A stretch of DNA of 64,000 bases. It comes from Eledone cirrhosa. Taxonomy: Eukaryota. Positions 26,064-39,682 of the stretch are shown piece by piece. A program made the translations under genes and the position numbers. Where the stretch lies: the NCBI GenBank assembly GCA_964016885.1, contig OZ024740.1:292826001-292890000 (forward strand), given 5' to 3'. The stretch's first letter is position 1, and each line of letters starts with the position of its first letter. Under the pieces are notes generated by a model. That model was not told the DNA's origin. It saw only the letters and a list, made by a program, of their open reading frames with translations, and made no database searches.

Positions 26064-28258
26064 TGCATACATAGTGCACACATACTTACATAACATTCTT
26101 TACGTATATATATGTTTATATATCTATACAATATTTACCTGTATACACCTATATAACAAGTCTGAACATGTAAGCAGATCGTGTAATTCCAGCCTAAGAA
26201 CTACTTACGTACACGGCAAACCACATAATTGCCGTTGTGTTTCTTTTATGCAAGCCTTCAATATGCCCCAGTGATAAACAGTAAACTTTCTGACGTAAGT
26301 GAATCAGACAATCTTTACTTATTTTTACAGCCAGCATCTCCAAAGCAATGAAAACAATCATCGGCCTAAACATAACAAAAATATTGTTGTCTCATTGACC
26401 CTGTTAAACCATCCATAAATAATGTATTTTTTTTTATATCTTAATGATCACTACTCTAGAAACCTTCGAAAGAGAAAGCTTAAAAATTGACACCAGTAAA
26501 GACTGTAAATTGAGTCTGACTGAGGTAATGAGGGAACATCTATGTGGTTACTGGACCTGCTAGAATAGTATTTAGCACCCTACCGTAAAAGAAAAGGACA
26601 AGTTAGAAAATGTTGCCCGAAATATTCCTAACAAGTTGCAATGTTCACAACTAGGATGCTTTTAATAATGTCTTTTCGATCATGTCTGATCTGGAATTAA
26701 GAATATCATGATAGTTTAGCGTTAATAATTTTGCAAAGTCGAGCACACTTATTTATGCCCAGCCCCCAAACACTGAAACCAAATCATTCGTGTTTTAGAC
26801 TTATTTAATTTCTAATGCTTCTTATGACTTACCCGCACTCGTTAAAGAACCGATATTTGTGAGGTAGGGATAAGGAATTCAAGCAGTATTATATGATCGT
26901 ACCAGATCCGACCATATTTCAACAAAAAATATCTAATGTTACTGAAGTTTAACTAATCCTTTATTCCTGAGATCATCTAGAAACAGAAGATAAGGCATTG
27001 ATATCAAAGCGTTGCTTCTAGAATATGTTGAAGTAAATATTTTCATTTGATTTTGTTTTCCCCATACTCTTAGTTATAAGAATAAACAAAGATTATATCG
27101 AGATTTTACGCATCTACTTGGAATTAGATTCATATCTACACAGTGGACCGTATTAAGTCTTCGATACCATGTCATACATTGTCCACAACGACAAGCCCAC
27201 TGACACTCGATTCTACTATCCACAACGTTTACAAATATTGATTTCTAGAATACGAAAATACCCTAAAATATGTTGGGGGGGACATAATTAAGTACTTAAT
27301 TGGCAATTTATTTTATCATCCCAAGAATAATAATTGACCTCAGTACATTACTGGTACTTTATTTTATCGACCCCGTGTGAAAGGCAAAGTTAACCTCAGC
27401 AGAATTTGAATTCAGAAAGCAAAGGGCCGTAACTCTATTCCCCGAAGCATTTGGTCTGACGTTCTACCGATTCTGCCAATCCACATCATCCTTATCATAC
27501 CAAGAATAATAAAAGTTAAAGTTGACCGCGGTCTGGTTTGAACTCAGAAGGTAAAGAAACGCAACGGAAAGCCACAAAGCATTCTGTTCCATGCTCTACT
27601 GATTTTTCAACTTCCCACCCGTTTATAAATATTATATCATTCAAAAGCAGCATAAGCAAATGGAGACAACGTGACGCACAGGCATTGGGTAAAGCTTTTG
27701 TTTTCATCCGGAATTTCATTGATTAAAGAAGCCTTGTAGCCATGGAGGTGAATTGTTTTGGAGGACAAGCTGTGATCCAAACACGTGTGTTATCGAAAGA
27801 GAGAAATAGTGAATCAATAATTGGAGTCTATTATCATTGCAAAGAGAAGAAAGATAAAATTTACAATCGAGTTATCCGTCTTGCGACCTTGGGAAGTGTG
27901 TATGTATGTATCCGAGCGTCGCTCATCTGAATCTGACAAGCAATTGCAATACTCTTCGCGTGAGTTTGCAGCCATCATGTATGCACGTGTGAATGCACGT
28001 GTGTATGCACGTGTGTATGTATGTATGTATGGATAGATAGATATATTTCTTTATTTACCATAAAGGCATAAAAAGAAGGGACAAATACAAAGGGGGAGTT
28101 TACATACAATCGAGTAAAGGGTATAAAATGAAAATAATCGAAAACAACCTCAAAAGGGAGGGGACGTGATGGGGGTTGCACACACCCCCGAAAAAGTGTG
28201 CAATCCTTTGCCCGGGGAGCACATGGAGAAGGTGCTCCCCTCTCCTTCACTTCTTTAC

Positions 28259-31200
28259 CTACAGGATGGTATACAGAGAAGGCCCATTTACACGAGCCAT
28301 TCTCGCCACTATCACCCACCTTTCATAAAACTGCCTGTGGCCAAGCACCTCTCTCTCCATTCTTATCCTTCTTCCGAAGTGTTATCGGAAGAAGTAGACC
28401 AGACTATGACCAGAGAGGAAGTTGCCTGACCTCAGACCATTCAATCATGTCCACCAAACAACCTCTTTCAACATGGCTATTACGCACAGAAAAACCGCCT
28501 TTGTTTCCTTTGTGAAGAGGGGAGGCGGTTTGATTGTCACCACGGACTCGGCGGTCAATTGAATCGGCGCCACCCGCGACAGCAGTCCTTCGGCGTAGCC
28601 CCACAGATCAGCCACGCCCAGACATTGCACCAATACGTGCGCAACGGTTTCTTCGTGACGCACGCATCTAGGGCAAATCTTTTTCGAGGGATCCCTGCCC
28701 GGGCGCCCGTGTCTGTAGAGCCTCTCTCGAACGGGTAGAGCCCCCCGGTAGCACTGCCAGGCTAGTGACTTCTGGAAGTTGTCCATTGGTCCCGGGCCGA
28801 AAGTCCTACCGAACAGGCTGGCCAGTTCGTCCTCTTCCATGTCCAGCGACTCTCCAAGGGTGTCATCGCCCCTGCTAGCCACCAGCCCTCTATAGAATGA
28901 TGAGGTGGATTCTCCACCGATGGCCTGGCCCGCTTGCCAGAGAGCTCTGAGCGCCTGAGCACACTCAGTGTGCCAGTCTCCCAGTTTTCTGGATCTTTGC
29001 TTGACCCAGGACTGCAGCTTGGTGAGTGAGACGAGTCTCGGAAAGGCTCGTTTCACGAACGGAGCCCACACCGGTTGACCAGTGAGGAATACCTGTAGGT
29101 GCCGTAGCCTTAATGCGTGCCTACGCATCATCAACCACGGCATCCCCAGCCCTCCTTTCGAAGGTTGTTGGCAGCAGATGGATCTTCTCACCATAGGAGG
29201 GCGCTTCTTTCAAAGAAATTGGAAGAGCATGCGTTCCATGGTGGTGAGTGTTTCCTTAGGGCAAGGCACGACAGTCAGGCGGTAGTAAGTGACGGACGCT
29301 ATGTAAATGTTCGCCACCTCCGCCCGGCCTTTTAGGGACAGCTTACACTTGGCCCATTTCTGGGTTAGTGCAAACACCTTGTTCGTAACCTCGTCCCAGT
29401 TCTTTTCCACCTGGAGGTCCGGTCCAAACCAGACCCCAAGCAACTTTACCGGGCCCTCCGTCCAGTGTCCGACGACACCGTCGGGAGGCATCGGTCTGCC
29501 TCTCCACGTTCCGAGTTGCAGCCCGATGGATTTTTCCCGGTTCAGTTTCGCTCCTGACAACCTTTCGTACTCCTCCAGTAAGGTACCGATCGCCTCGATC
29601 TCCAAGTCGGTCGATACCATTACTGTTACGTCATCGGCGTAGGCCGACACCGCTTTTCTCAATCCTGGTTCCAGGGGGATACCCTGCAACAACTCTAACT
29701 TCCTCAGTAAAGGCTCGAGAGTCAATACGTACAGAAGGGAGGAGAGAGGGCACCCCTGTCGAATGGATCGTGTGATTTCGAACGGCTTCGAAAGGTAGCC
29801 GTTAACCTTGATCCTAGAACAGATGTGGTTGCTATGTAAGGCAGTGATCCAGCCTCTGAAAACAGGACCGAACCCAGCCGCCGCTAGCACCGCATCCAGG
29901 TAACCATGGTCGACCCTATCGAAGGCCTTAGACTGATCCAAGTTGATCAGGGCCCCACCGAAGCCGGGTTTGTTGCCAACCCTCTCTATGATGTATCGCA
30001 TGAGGTGGAGGTTATCGTGAATGGACCTGGATGGGATAGCACATGTCTGCGCATCTCCCACCAGGCTACCCACGACAAGCGCTAACCTCTTTGCTAACAC
30101 CTTGGCCAGAATCTTTAACTCTGTGTTTAGCAGGGTTATGGGCCGAAAATTATTTATACTATCCCCCTTATTCTCGTCCTTCCTCACCAGCGAGACTACG
30201 CCCTTGGCTACAGAACAAGGAATTCTCCCATTCTGCTGCCAATTGCAGTAGACCGCTTCGAGGAGTTCGGAGAAGAAGACCGGCATTGATAAATAAAGTT
30301 CGTAAGGTATACCATCGAGACCTGGAGATTTGCGTCTGCTGCATTGGCTCAGCGCATCTCCGATCTCATCAGCCGAGATTGTTCCCTCGCAGGACTCTGC
30401 CTCTTCGCTCGAGAGACGCGGCAGGCCGTCGAGGTATGGACCGAAATCCACGTCCCCACCCGGACCCTCGCCTCCCCCGAATAATCGGGCAAAGTGCATT
30501 TGAAAGGCCTCGCACATCTGCTTAGGCTCCCGGATCACCCGTCCATCCTCGTCTTGCAACGACCGGATGGTGGATCGATTTCCACTCTTAGCTTCTGTCA
30601 CGCGGGCCCAGCCAACGGCTTTGGCCCGCTCATTACCTAGAGCACGTATTTTACTTCGAATGACGCAGCCTTCGTGCTTTGCATCGAAAAACTGGTTCAA
30701 GGCCGTCCTCGATGCCAGCACTCTGGCGACATCTTCGCTCTTGATTGCCTCTTCTAATTTACCTGTTAATTCTTTCTCGTTTCTATTCCTATCGGCAGCT
30801 AACATCTTGCTATAACTTATTGATTCTGTTCTAATCTCTCTTTTGAGAGATGCCCACCATCGGTTGTTGACGATTGCACCCATCAACCTCTCCTTAACTA
30901 ATCTGCTAATCCGGTTTCTGTAAGTCTCTTTTGCCGGTAAAGAGAAATTAAGTTTCCAGTAACCGGGACCCTGTTTATGTGTTTTCTCGAGATTGACTAC
31001 GCAGGTCACTAACTTGTGATCCGTATAGCCAACCGTGCGCATTTCTGGACAGCTTAATATGTCCCTATCCTTACTTCTAACTAAGAATCTATCTAAGTAC
31101 GATCTAGATTGACCACTGTGGTTTCTCCAAGTCCAGGTAGGCACAGTTGGAAAATCTAGTCGATATCTATCGACCAAGTTAAAACGGTCGAGTAACCCCT

Positions 31201-31695
31201 TGAGGCTGTTACACCCCCTCTATTAGGACATGCTCCTGCATAGTCCCAACGTGCATCTAGGATGTCATTCCAATCCCCCGCTAGAAGCAGGGAACGCGAC
31301 GTTCCCAGAAGAGTCTCCAAACGCTGGAAGAAGTCGGGCCGTTCAGCTCCGAAAGGGGAGTAGACGGCGACCAGTCTCAAGGCCGCACCTTCACTACTGC
31401 CAACGTCTAGCACCAACAAACGACCCTCCGGGTCCGAGTGAACAACCTGTACGGCAAGACCCAGGTGTTTTTGCAGCAGTACGACAACCCCACCCCCACC
31501 TCCAGGTTGACAGAGAGATGCATGCACCTCAAAGTCATCGAAGGTAGGGACCAGCTGCCGCACGACGCTGATCCGAGTCTCACAGATAATCATTACATTT
31601 ATACCACATGACCTGAGGTCATTTAGAAGCTTTGCTTGCTTCCAAGTTGAGCCCAGGCCACGTGCATTCAAACATCCTACTCTTAACACATCCAT
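28259..31695 (-). pseudogene. ORF2 of Tx1-like copy 1, frameshifted
   Basis: LNARGL, GDWN and DH (APE); GPGYWKLN; DQSKAFDRVDH, QGCPLS and YADD (RT); CPRC..EET..H...C. Split over ORFs 31156..31695, 29210..31177 and 28445..29194. Confidence 0.9.
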
Positions 31696-31728
31696 GTGGG
31701 CGGCAGAGCCAAAGGAGAGTGTAGAGAC

Positions 31729-33644
31729 CTACCTTTCTGCTTCCCGGGGTTCGGGTCGCACGACTTCCATGGGGTCGGGGGTGTTGGGTGAAGTGGTGTC
31801 TTGTGGTGGTGTGGGGTCGTCAGTGTGTGGTGGGGTTGGGGTGTTTGGAGTTGTGTTGGGGAGGGGAAGGGGAGGGGGAAAGCTTTTTAGTAGGACGCGG
31901 TTTATGGGTTTGACAGAGGGTGGTCCTACGTCCTCCTTAAAATCCTTTTTTAGTTTTTGGTAGAGGTTCATTGGCATCTTTATTAATTTTAAATGTGGGT
32001 AGTTTTCTGAAGAAACAAAGTTTACACCTTCGGTTTGTACCGAAGGATTATTGTTTATGAGTTCATTTAATTTATTATTGTTTCTGTTGATGTAAGTATA
32101 GTGTAATGTCTTTTTTTCGGATGGTGTGAGTGTTTCGAAGAGGGGAGGGGCAGGTTTGGTTTTGTTTGTTGCTGGAGGGGTGTTTTGTGTTTTGTTGGAT
32201 TGTGTTGACATTTGGGCGGGGGTTGTTTGGCCTTGTGTGTTTTGCACATGTTTTCTTTTTTTCCTTTTAATCTGTCTGAAGGACTCCGTTTCTTTCTCCG
32301 AATTCGTTGGGTTATCTTCAGTGTTGGAGGGAAGAGGTATGTTTGCTGGTAATGTTTCCGTGTTGGTTTTCTTTGTGGGGGAGATGGATGTCACTATGTT
32401 AGACTGTGTTGTGTGTTGTGTCTGCGGTGGTTGTGTTGTTTTATTGAGTGAGGGGTTGGGTGGGCCTGTATTTTGTTTTGGGGTAATGTGTTGTGACTGT
32501 TTGTGTTGTGGTGGTGGTGTAGTTTTACTGAGGGACGGGTTTTGTGGGACTGAGTTTTGTTGTTTGTTTATCTATTGTGGTGGTGGTGGTGGAGCTGGTG
32601 TTGGTAGCAGGGTTTTCTTTTTGTTGAGTTGGGGACAAGCCGCCTTCAGGTGCCCTCTGCCTGCACAGATATGACAGGACGGTCGTCTCCCCTCCACGCT
32701 AATGTTTATATACCCGTGGCCCTCTAATAGGATTCTGTCGGGTATTTGGGCGATGCGTTCAGGCTTCATTTGCACTACAAGCTCTATACCTGTTCCACTG
32801 AACGCATTGCCTGTGGTTTTCCCAATGGAAATCACGTTGTCATTCGCTGGATCGATGAAGCCAGCTATGAGCCAGCAGTAGTCCACATCTGGCATCATTG
32901 CATCCAGCCATATGCGTTGAGTTCTTTTACCCATATAAGATGGATAAAAGGTAAAATTTTTCGAACGAATCGGTGACAAAGCACATTTTTTTTGCCGCCG
33001 ATTCGTTCTTCATAATAATCGCTAGGCTTCCATACAGTCTGTCTTTTCTTATGAAAGTGGTTTCATTAAGTACTTCTGTGAGTACTGTTTTGATTTCTGT
33101 TTGAGTTGGCTGTTCAAGTTTTTTAGAAGTGTTGTTGATGGTGCGGAAAACGACCGTTCGACTTTCAATGTCTTTGGTGAGTTCTTGAGGCATTTTTACC
33201 GATAAAATACCATTCTCTCCTTCAGTTATATATTGTTTGGCGTCTGCAATTCTTTGTGCCACATCTGAAATATTTTCAGGTATATATGTCAAAGATTTCT
33301 TTGTTGTTTGTGCAAATTAAATCTTATTGGTGTTGACTTTGTCGTCTGCTTTGCTTTCTGTTATGATGTTGTTTTCAAATGTTATTTTTGTGTTTGTTGT
33401 GTCTTTGTTTGTGGTATTAATATTGTCATGCAATTTTTCAAACTTTTTTTTTTCGTTGTTGGAATCCATGTCCAGATTTGTGTTTTCGTCATTTTTCTCC
33501 GCAGATTCGTCTGTTTTTATTTTATTTTTTCCTTCCTTCTCTATGACGTTAGTTGGGAAGGAAGGGGGGGGGGACTAAAGCGTGCGAGCTTACAACTCTT
33601 ACCACTGTCCCCCCACCACTATTTTCGTTAGCTTCGTTTAACAT
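31729..33644 (-). pseudogene. ORF1 of Tx1-like copy 1, disrupted
   Basis: Single CCHC knuckle CHICAGRGHLKAAC and Pro/Thr/Asn-rich C-terminus, split over several frames. Start codon tentative. Confidence 0.75.
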
Positions 33645-34286
33645 TTCTGTCAGACGATTGAAATTTTTTTATGCCACAAAATTTTTAAAAACAGGTTTTT
33701 CACCCCTAGTAGGGGTAAAGATGAGCTGACCCACCGCCTGACAGTTTAGACGGGGGGTCAAGCTACACAATAGTATCAAAATTAAAATTGAACTTACAAA
33801 ATTTCCGCAATAAATTTGAACAAAACTTCTGCGCGAAGTGAATTACATCTACGCTGTGGAACAGACGACAGCTAGATTATGTATGGATAGATAGATAGAT
33901 AGATAATCACAAACACACACAGAGACACACATACATATATATATACACGTATATATGCAAGCGTGTGTTTGTGCGCGCGCGCGACGTGTGTGTGTGTGTG
34001 TGTGTGTTTGTGTGTGTGAAGGCATGTAGCTCACTGATTTGTGTGTTTGGCAAATGACATCAATTCCTAGTGAGGCGTTGTGTCCTTGAGCAAGACACCT
34101 TATTTCACATTGCTCCATAACGTAATGCCTAAAGCGCTCTCCCAAAATCCAAGAGAAAGTTTCGATTCCTTGTCGACGCCTTATTGATGCCTCTGTGTTA
34201 CATATATATATATAATCTATTATTAAAGTCACCTGTGTTTGGACGACTGCATTTCAAATGTCATATATATATAAAACACACACGCA

Positions 34287-34400
<114 letters not shown>

Positions 34401-34427
34401 AATATATATATATATATATATATATAT

Positions 34428-34650
34428 AGGAAAAGAGTCAGGACGCCGAAGGCCGAGCTCCGGTCGTTTCGACAGCTAGATCCGAAATAAGCCACCAAAC
34501 TGCTGGCTTAGTTCGGATCTAGCTGTCGAAACGGCCGGAGCTCAGCCGTCGGGGTCCTGACTGTTTTCCTATTACCCACTCTCCTACCCTAAGTTTCGAG
34601 TACTCTGGTGCGTTATGGTCCTTCTGGTTTCTTACCACACCTTCTTTGTT
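34428..34650 (+). mobile_element. Fold-back element family A in (TA)n
   Basis: Arms 34428-34494 / 34504-34570, tail tattacccactct...ttaccacac. Confidence 0.7.
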
Positions 34651-34949
34651 ATATATATATATATATATTTTTTTTAGTATATGTTGGTTGCTTACTTTTT
34701 TTTAGGAGTCGATCGAGGCGGGAGTAGGGGTTGTGAGTGTGTAGGGGTGGTTTACCTTGGGATCGGTGTGGCGGGGCTACTGTCCCTATAGCTTGAGGGA
34801 AGTTCCCATCCCAATGGGATGTTCTAACTCATATGATTCCAGTTCCTCAGAAAAATAACAACACAACCAGGAGCTGGACATATCGATGTATTGACGGAGT
34901 AAAACACACTTCAACAACATGTGTACCTGTCTTTCCCACACAAATTCGG

Positions 34950-35004
34950 ACTTGCTGAAAAGGTCACAGCCAATGATGGCTGTCACCGAAATATATATAG
35001 CAGT
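34950..35004 (+). ncRNA. Degenerate hammerhead motif
   Basis: acttgc-TGAAAA-ggtcacagcca atga tggctgtcacc-GAAA-tatata-TA-gcagt. Core is one nt short of TTGAAAA. AATAAA at about 35020. Confidence 0.45.
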
Positions 35005-35056
35005 ATATCTATAATTTATAATAAACGAAGCCAAATTTTACATATTTGACTTAATC

Positions 35057-35121
<65 letters not shown>

Positions 35122-35122
<1 letters not shown>

Positions 35123-35312
35123 GTAATAATAATAAATTTGAAGACTAAAATCCAAAGAGGGCTCGATAAGGATAAATATATATCAAATATATAAGAACCG
35201 TAGAGCAAATATTTATTAAAATAACAGATTAAAGTTTAACCAAAGAATCTCTGCTTTCACCCTTAACGGGATCTTCAGAAGATCCCGTTAAGGGTGAAAC
35301 TTTAATCTGTTA

Positions 35313-35320
<8 letters not shown>
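35122..35320 (-). mobile_element. Fold-back element in (TA)n with apex at a hammerhead core
   Basis: Arms about 35214-35276 / 35278-35320 (right arm internally deleted). Minus strand reads CTGAAGA-tcccgttaagggt-GAAA. Tail 35122-35213. Confidence 0.6.
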
Positions 35321-35346
<26 letters not shown>

Positions 35347-35354
<8 letters not shown>

Positions 35355-35922
35355 TAAACGGAAAAGAAAATGCTGACATATTTTTCCCAGTGAAAAATAG
35401 TTTAATAAGTAAAAATTAGTAATAAGTATTGGTTAGTATTCAGTTTTAGTTTTAAGTTTTTACCGGTTGCGCATTTCTAATGCTTTTCAAAAATAATTTT
35501 GAGATAGAGCGCCCGTGATGTTTACTCTAATCTGATCAGTTTTGGAAATTCTACCTGTTCTATGTGAAAAAAGTGGCTCCAGAGGTATTAAGATTTGGTT
35601 GGTTGTTGAATGTCACGTGAATGAGTACTATAAGTTTCGCGCCAATTCGTGTTGCAAAAGTTCTTGTAGTCAAAACAATTTTGATTGATCGGTAGAGGTC
35701 ACGTGAATGTTAAAAATTTATTTTGCGCCAAATGTAGGTTTGTCGAAGAGTGTCCTTCTTCGCCTGATTGAGAAGTCACTGAAAAATAAGTCTTTTAAGA
35801 CAAATAGGTGTGTGTGTGTGTGTAGTAGTAAAGAGGTTCATTGTTGTGATAATGGTCAGTAGGGATGTGTGTGAATTGCAGTCATGTTGAAAGGTCAACG
35901 GTTCAGGTGTCTATTAAGGCAA

Positions 35923-35966
<44 letters not shown>

Positions 35967-36075
35967 CAGAGTGGTTCGTGGTATAGGGATTCGGTCAGTA
36001 GGAATGTGTCTGTACGTGTGTGAGGGATATTTTAACATGTTGAAAGATATTTTTGAGCTCTTGTCTTATACGGAG

Positions 36076-36169
<94 letters not shown>

Positions 36170-37630
36170 CTGTTTGTATGGTAGTGTACGCGTGTGTATG
36201 TGTGTGTGTTTATGTGTGTGTATATGTGTGTATGTGTATGTGTGTGTGTGTGTGGATGGACCAGTATTTTTGTGATACTGGTAAAAATGGTGTACATTAT
36301 TCGATATTTTCAGTAATTTGCAAAAACGATTATCTCAAAAGAACATCAAAAACATTGATAATAAAAGGGGTGAAATGATGTATAGTATTGTCATAATACC
36401 AAGGTGTGTGTGAGTGCCCAGATTGTACGTACTGCAAGGGGAATCCATTAAGCCCTGCCGTATGGGAATACTTGTGTACAAATATGTATGTGCCCATCAG
36501 TGTGTAATGCGTATATGTATGTGTGTGTGTCGGCACGTTTATATCTATAGACATCAAAAGGTATGCAAATTTGTGTATATTTGTGTTGCACCATAGAACA
36601 TGTGTGTTTACGTATGTCATTGTGTTTATATGTGGATAGAAATGTATGTAGGATATATGCTGATGTAGGTATGTATGTTGACGTGTGTATGTTGTGGGTT
36701 CGTCTTAGGGAGAAGTGTTTAGACGGGGTCCGTATTTGTTAATAAAGTGAGATTCCTTGCTGATGCGCTGGGTGTGGGTGGCATTATCTTTAAATTTGTA
36801 GAGGGGAAAAATTCTAAAGTTGGGATGATTTTGGGCGGCACAGGTATCAATGTGTTCACTCAGTGGTATTTTTCTGTATTCCCGTATTTTAATTTGGGAT
36901 CTATGGACAGTCAAGCGTTGGCGGAGGCTGTTTTTCGTCTGGCCTATGTATTGTTCTCGACAACCTGAGCAGCTTAATACATATATTAGATTTTCTGATG
37001 CGCATGTGAAATTGTGTTTTACTATAAAACGTTGTCCTTCTTTGAAATATAATTCCGAACCCTCTATTAGGTTGAAGCATATGCCACAGTTGGGTCTATC
37101 GCATTTTTTACTGTGGATTTCGTTGTTGTGGTTGGCAGTACTTTGGCATGTGTTAGGATGTTTTCATTGACTTAGATTGTTTTTTGCTCTTTATGATATC
37201 GCGTGTTCGAAGGATTTGGTTCATTCTATGGTCCTTTTGTAACACAGGGATGTTTCCAAATTTGTTTAGTACTTTAGTGTAGAGGGTGATTTCCAGGTAT
37301 CCCATGACTAGGTTGGCATAAGTGGGGGCTTGTTTTCGTTCCCATAGCGGTCCCAGATTTCTGTCTGTAGGATTTGTTATTGAAAATGAAGTAATTGTTC
37401 TCCAAGATAAATTTGAGTCCCTCTATCACGAATTCTTTTTTGATGCGTTGTGGGAGTTCATTGTGGTAATTATCCAGCCAGAATTGGATAGCTTCTATTC
37501 CTAGGTTGTGGAGGATGTTGGAGTATAGGTTGACTACATCGAACGTCACTAGTAGGGTTTGTTCAGAAAGGGGCATATTAGGGAGGTGATTGAGCATATC
37601 TAGGTCGTCCCTTATATAGCTTTTGATCTG

Positions 37631-37688
<58 letters not shown>

Positions 37689-38290
37689 TTGTCTTAATAG
37701 ACCTTTCAACATGACTGCAATTCACACACACATCCCTACTGACCATTATCACAGCAATGAACCTCTTTACTACACACACACACACACAGACATATTTGTC
37801 TTAAAAGACTTATTTTTCAGTGACTTCTCAATCAGGCGAAAAAGGACACTCTTCGACAAACCTACATTTGGCGCAAAATAAATTTTTAACATTCACGTGA
37901 CCTCTACCGACCAATCAAAATTGTTTTGACTACAAGAATTTTTGCAACACGAATTGGCGCGAAACTTATAGTACTCATTCACGTGACATTCAACAACCAA
38001 CCAAATCTTAATACCTCTGGAGCCACTTTTTTCACATAAAACAGGTAGATTTCCAAAACTGATGAGATTAGAGCAAACATCACGGGCGCTCTATCTCAAA
38101 ATTATTTTTGAAAAGCATTAGAAATGCGCAACCGGTAAAAACTTAAAACTAAAACTGAATACTAACCAATACTTATTACTAATTTTTACTTATTCCTAAT
38201 TAAACTATTTTTCACTGGGAAAAATTTGTCAGCATTTTCTTTTCCTTTTACTAATATATCACAACTCGTGTGTTACACCTCTATTCTTTT
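35347..38290 (-). mobile_element. Penelope-like retroelement (Neptune-type), truncated, with inverted copy of its 3' region
   Basis: RT fragment LVTFDVVNLYSNI...RQKSGTAMGTK (37274-37625). Cys-rich linker and GIY-YIG LIYVLSCSGCREQYIGQT...KESHFINKY (36705-37110). ~620-bp inverted arms 35347-35970 / 37627-38258 and ~32-nt tail. Internal deletion near 37270. Confidence 0.85.
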
Positions 38291-39395
38291 AAATATATAT
38301 ATATATATATATACATACTATATGTTTTAAGCGTGAATTCAAACTAATTGTTAATTACTAAATCCAAAACGCTGTACATAGTATCAAGGATAGACAATTT
38401 AGTAGGAGTGAAAAATCAACTACTACTTGACTGGAAAATTAGTTATCGACTCTGGCGGCTGAAAATCATCAATAATTCGATAGAAAAACCCACCTCACAA
38501 TTACGATGTCTACTCTGCTGTTGACACTTTCCTTTGTCTTCACCACCATGTTTTGGCTTCTTTTACTGACACTCACTGTTTCATATTCTTACAGCTTACT
38601 TACTGGCCTTGTGCCTATATAAGAAACCATTATTACAGCTTACTTCCGCTCCACTGCTTCACTCTCTCTCTCTCAGAATCTCTCTTTCTCGCTCTCTCTC
38701 TCTCTCTCTCTCACACACACAGCATATCTTTCTCTCTCACTCTCCTTCCCTCTCTCTACCCTCCCCTTTCATTCGTTGACTTTTCAATCTCTCACGCTTT
38801 CTATCTTCATCACTCTGTCTATTTCGTACTCTTTCTGTTAATCTTATCTGTCGGCTTGTATGCTTTGTCTATATACCGACATTTCCTTTAACCCGATTTA
38901 GGCACTTATATTTGTAAATACTCTAGTGAACATATTTGTGCACTTTTTTATCTTTCAATTGCATTTTACTTTGAAATCGCATTTCTACAATTCTCTGTAG
39001 TTTTAAATTATTATTACTAAAATTTCCACGTACAATACTATGGAAAACATGTTCCACACAAACAGCAATCTCTGCTGCCAAGCGCAAGCTAACTCTGAGA
39101 ACAGCAGCAACACACGAAGAATCGTGATTCGCTCATAGCCAATTATATGGAGGGTACTCAGCAGTTGGAAGCTTCCAAATGTCGCTATTTATTTGCCTAT
39201 TAATAAAACTAAAAAAAGAAGAAAAAATAAAATAAAATGAACAATGTACATCTTAGTTTGATGTCACGATAGCCTTGACAATTCCTAAATCTATGATAGT
39301 TACAGATCTAATATCGTAAATCTGAGATACAACGCAATCCTTAATGTAATTTCTTATTTGTTTCAAGTATTGCTCCTAGCCATTTCAAATATTTG

Positions 39396-39454
<59 letters not shown>

Positions 39455-39682
39455 CGAACTTACGATCATAATGTAGTGGGTTCGATTCCTGGGTTGCGTG
39501 TTGTGTTCTTGAGCAAAACACTTCATTACACGTTGCTCCAGTATACTCAGCTGAAAATGAGTACCAGCAATAGCTGGTGGTTTTTATCCCCTATGACTAA
39601 ACACATAGCTCTATGTGTACTTCTCTCTATATACTGATTTATAAAGAGCTCGGAATCTATTACTTGAGCTCATTACATTATA

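Larger units (their letters stand above)
28044..33877 (-). mobile_element. Near full-length L1/Tx1-clade LINE, copy 1, with 20-bp TSD
   Basis: ORF1 plus ORF2 (APE, RT, zinc finger). TSD tatgtatggatagatagata at 28024-28043 and 33878-33897. Confidence 0.9.

Noticed and set aside
35347-38258. DNA transposon with 620-bp TIRs
   Set aside because: Interior encodes Penelope RT and GIY-YIG fragments, the arms are asymmetric with a tail, and there is no transposase.
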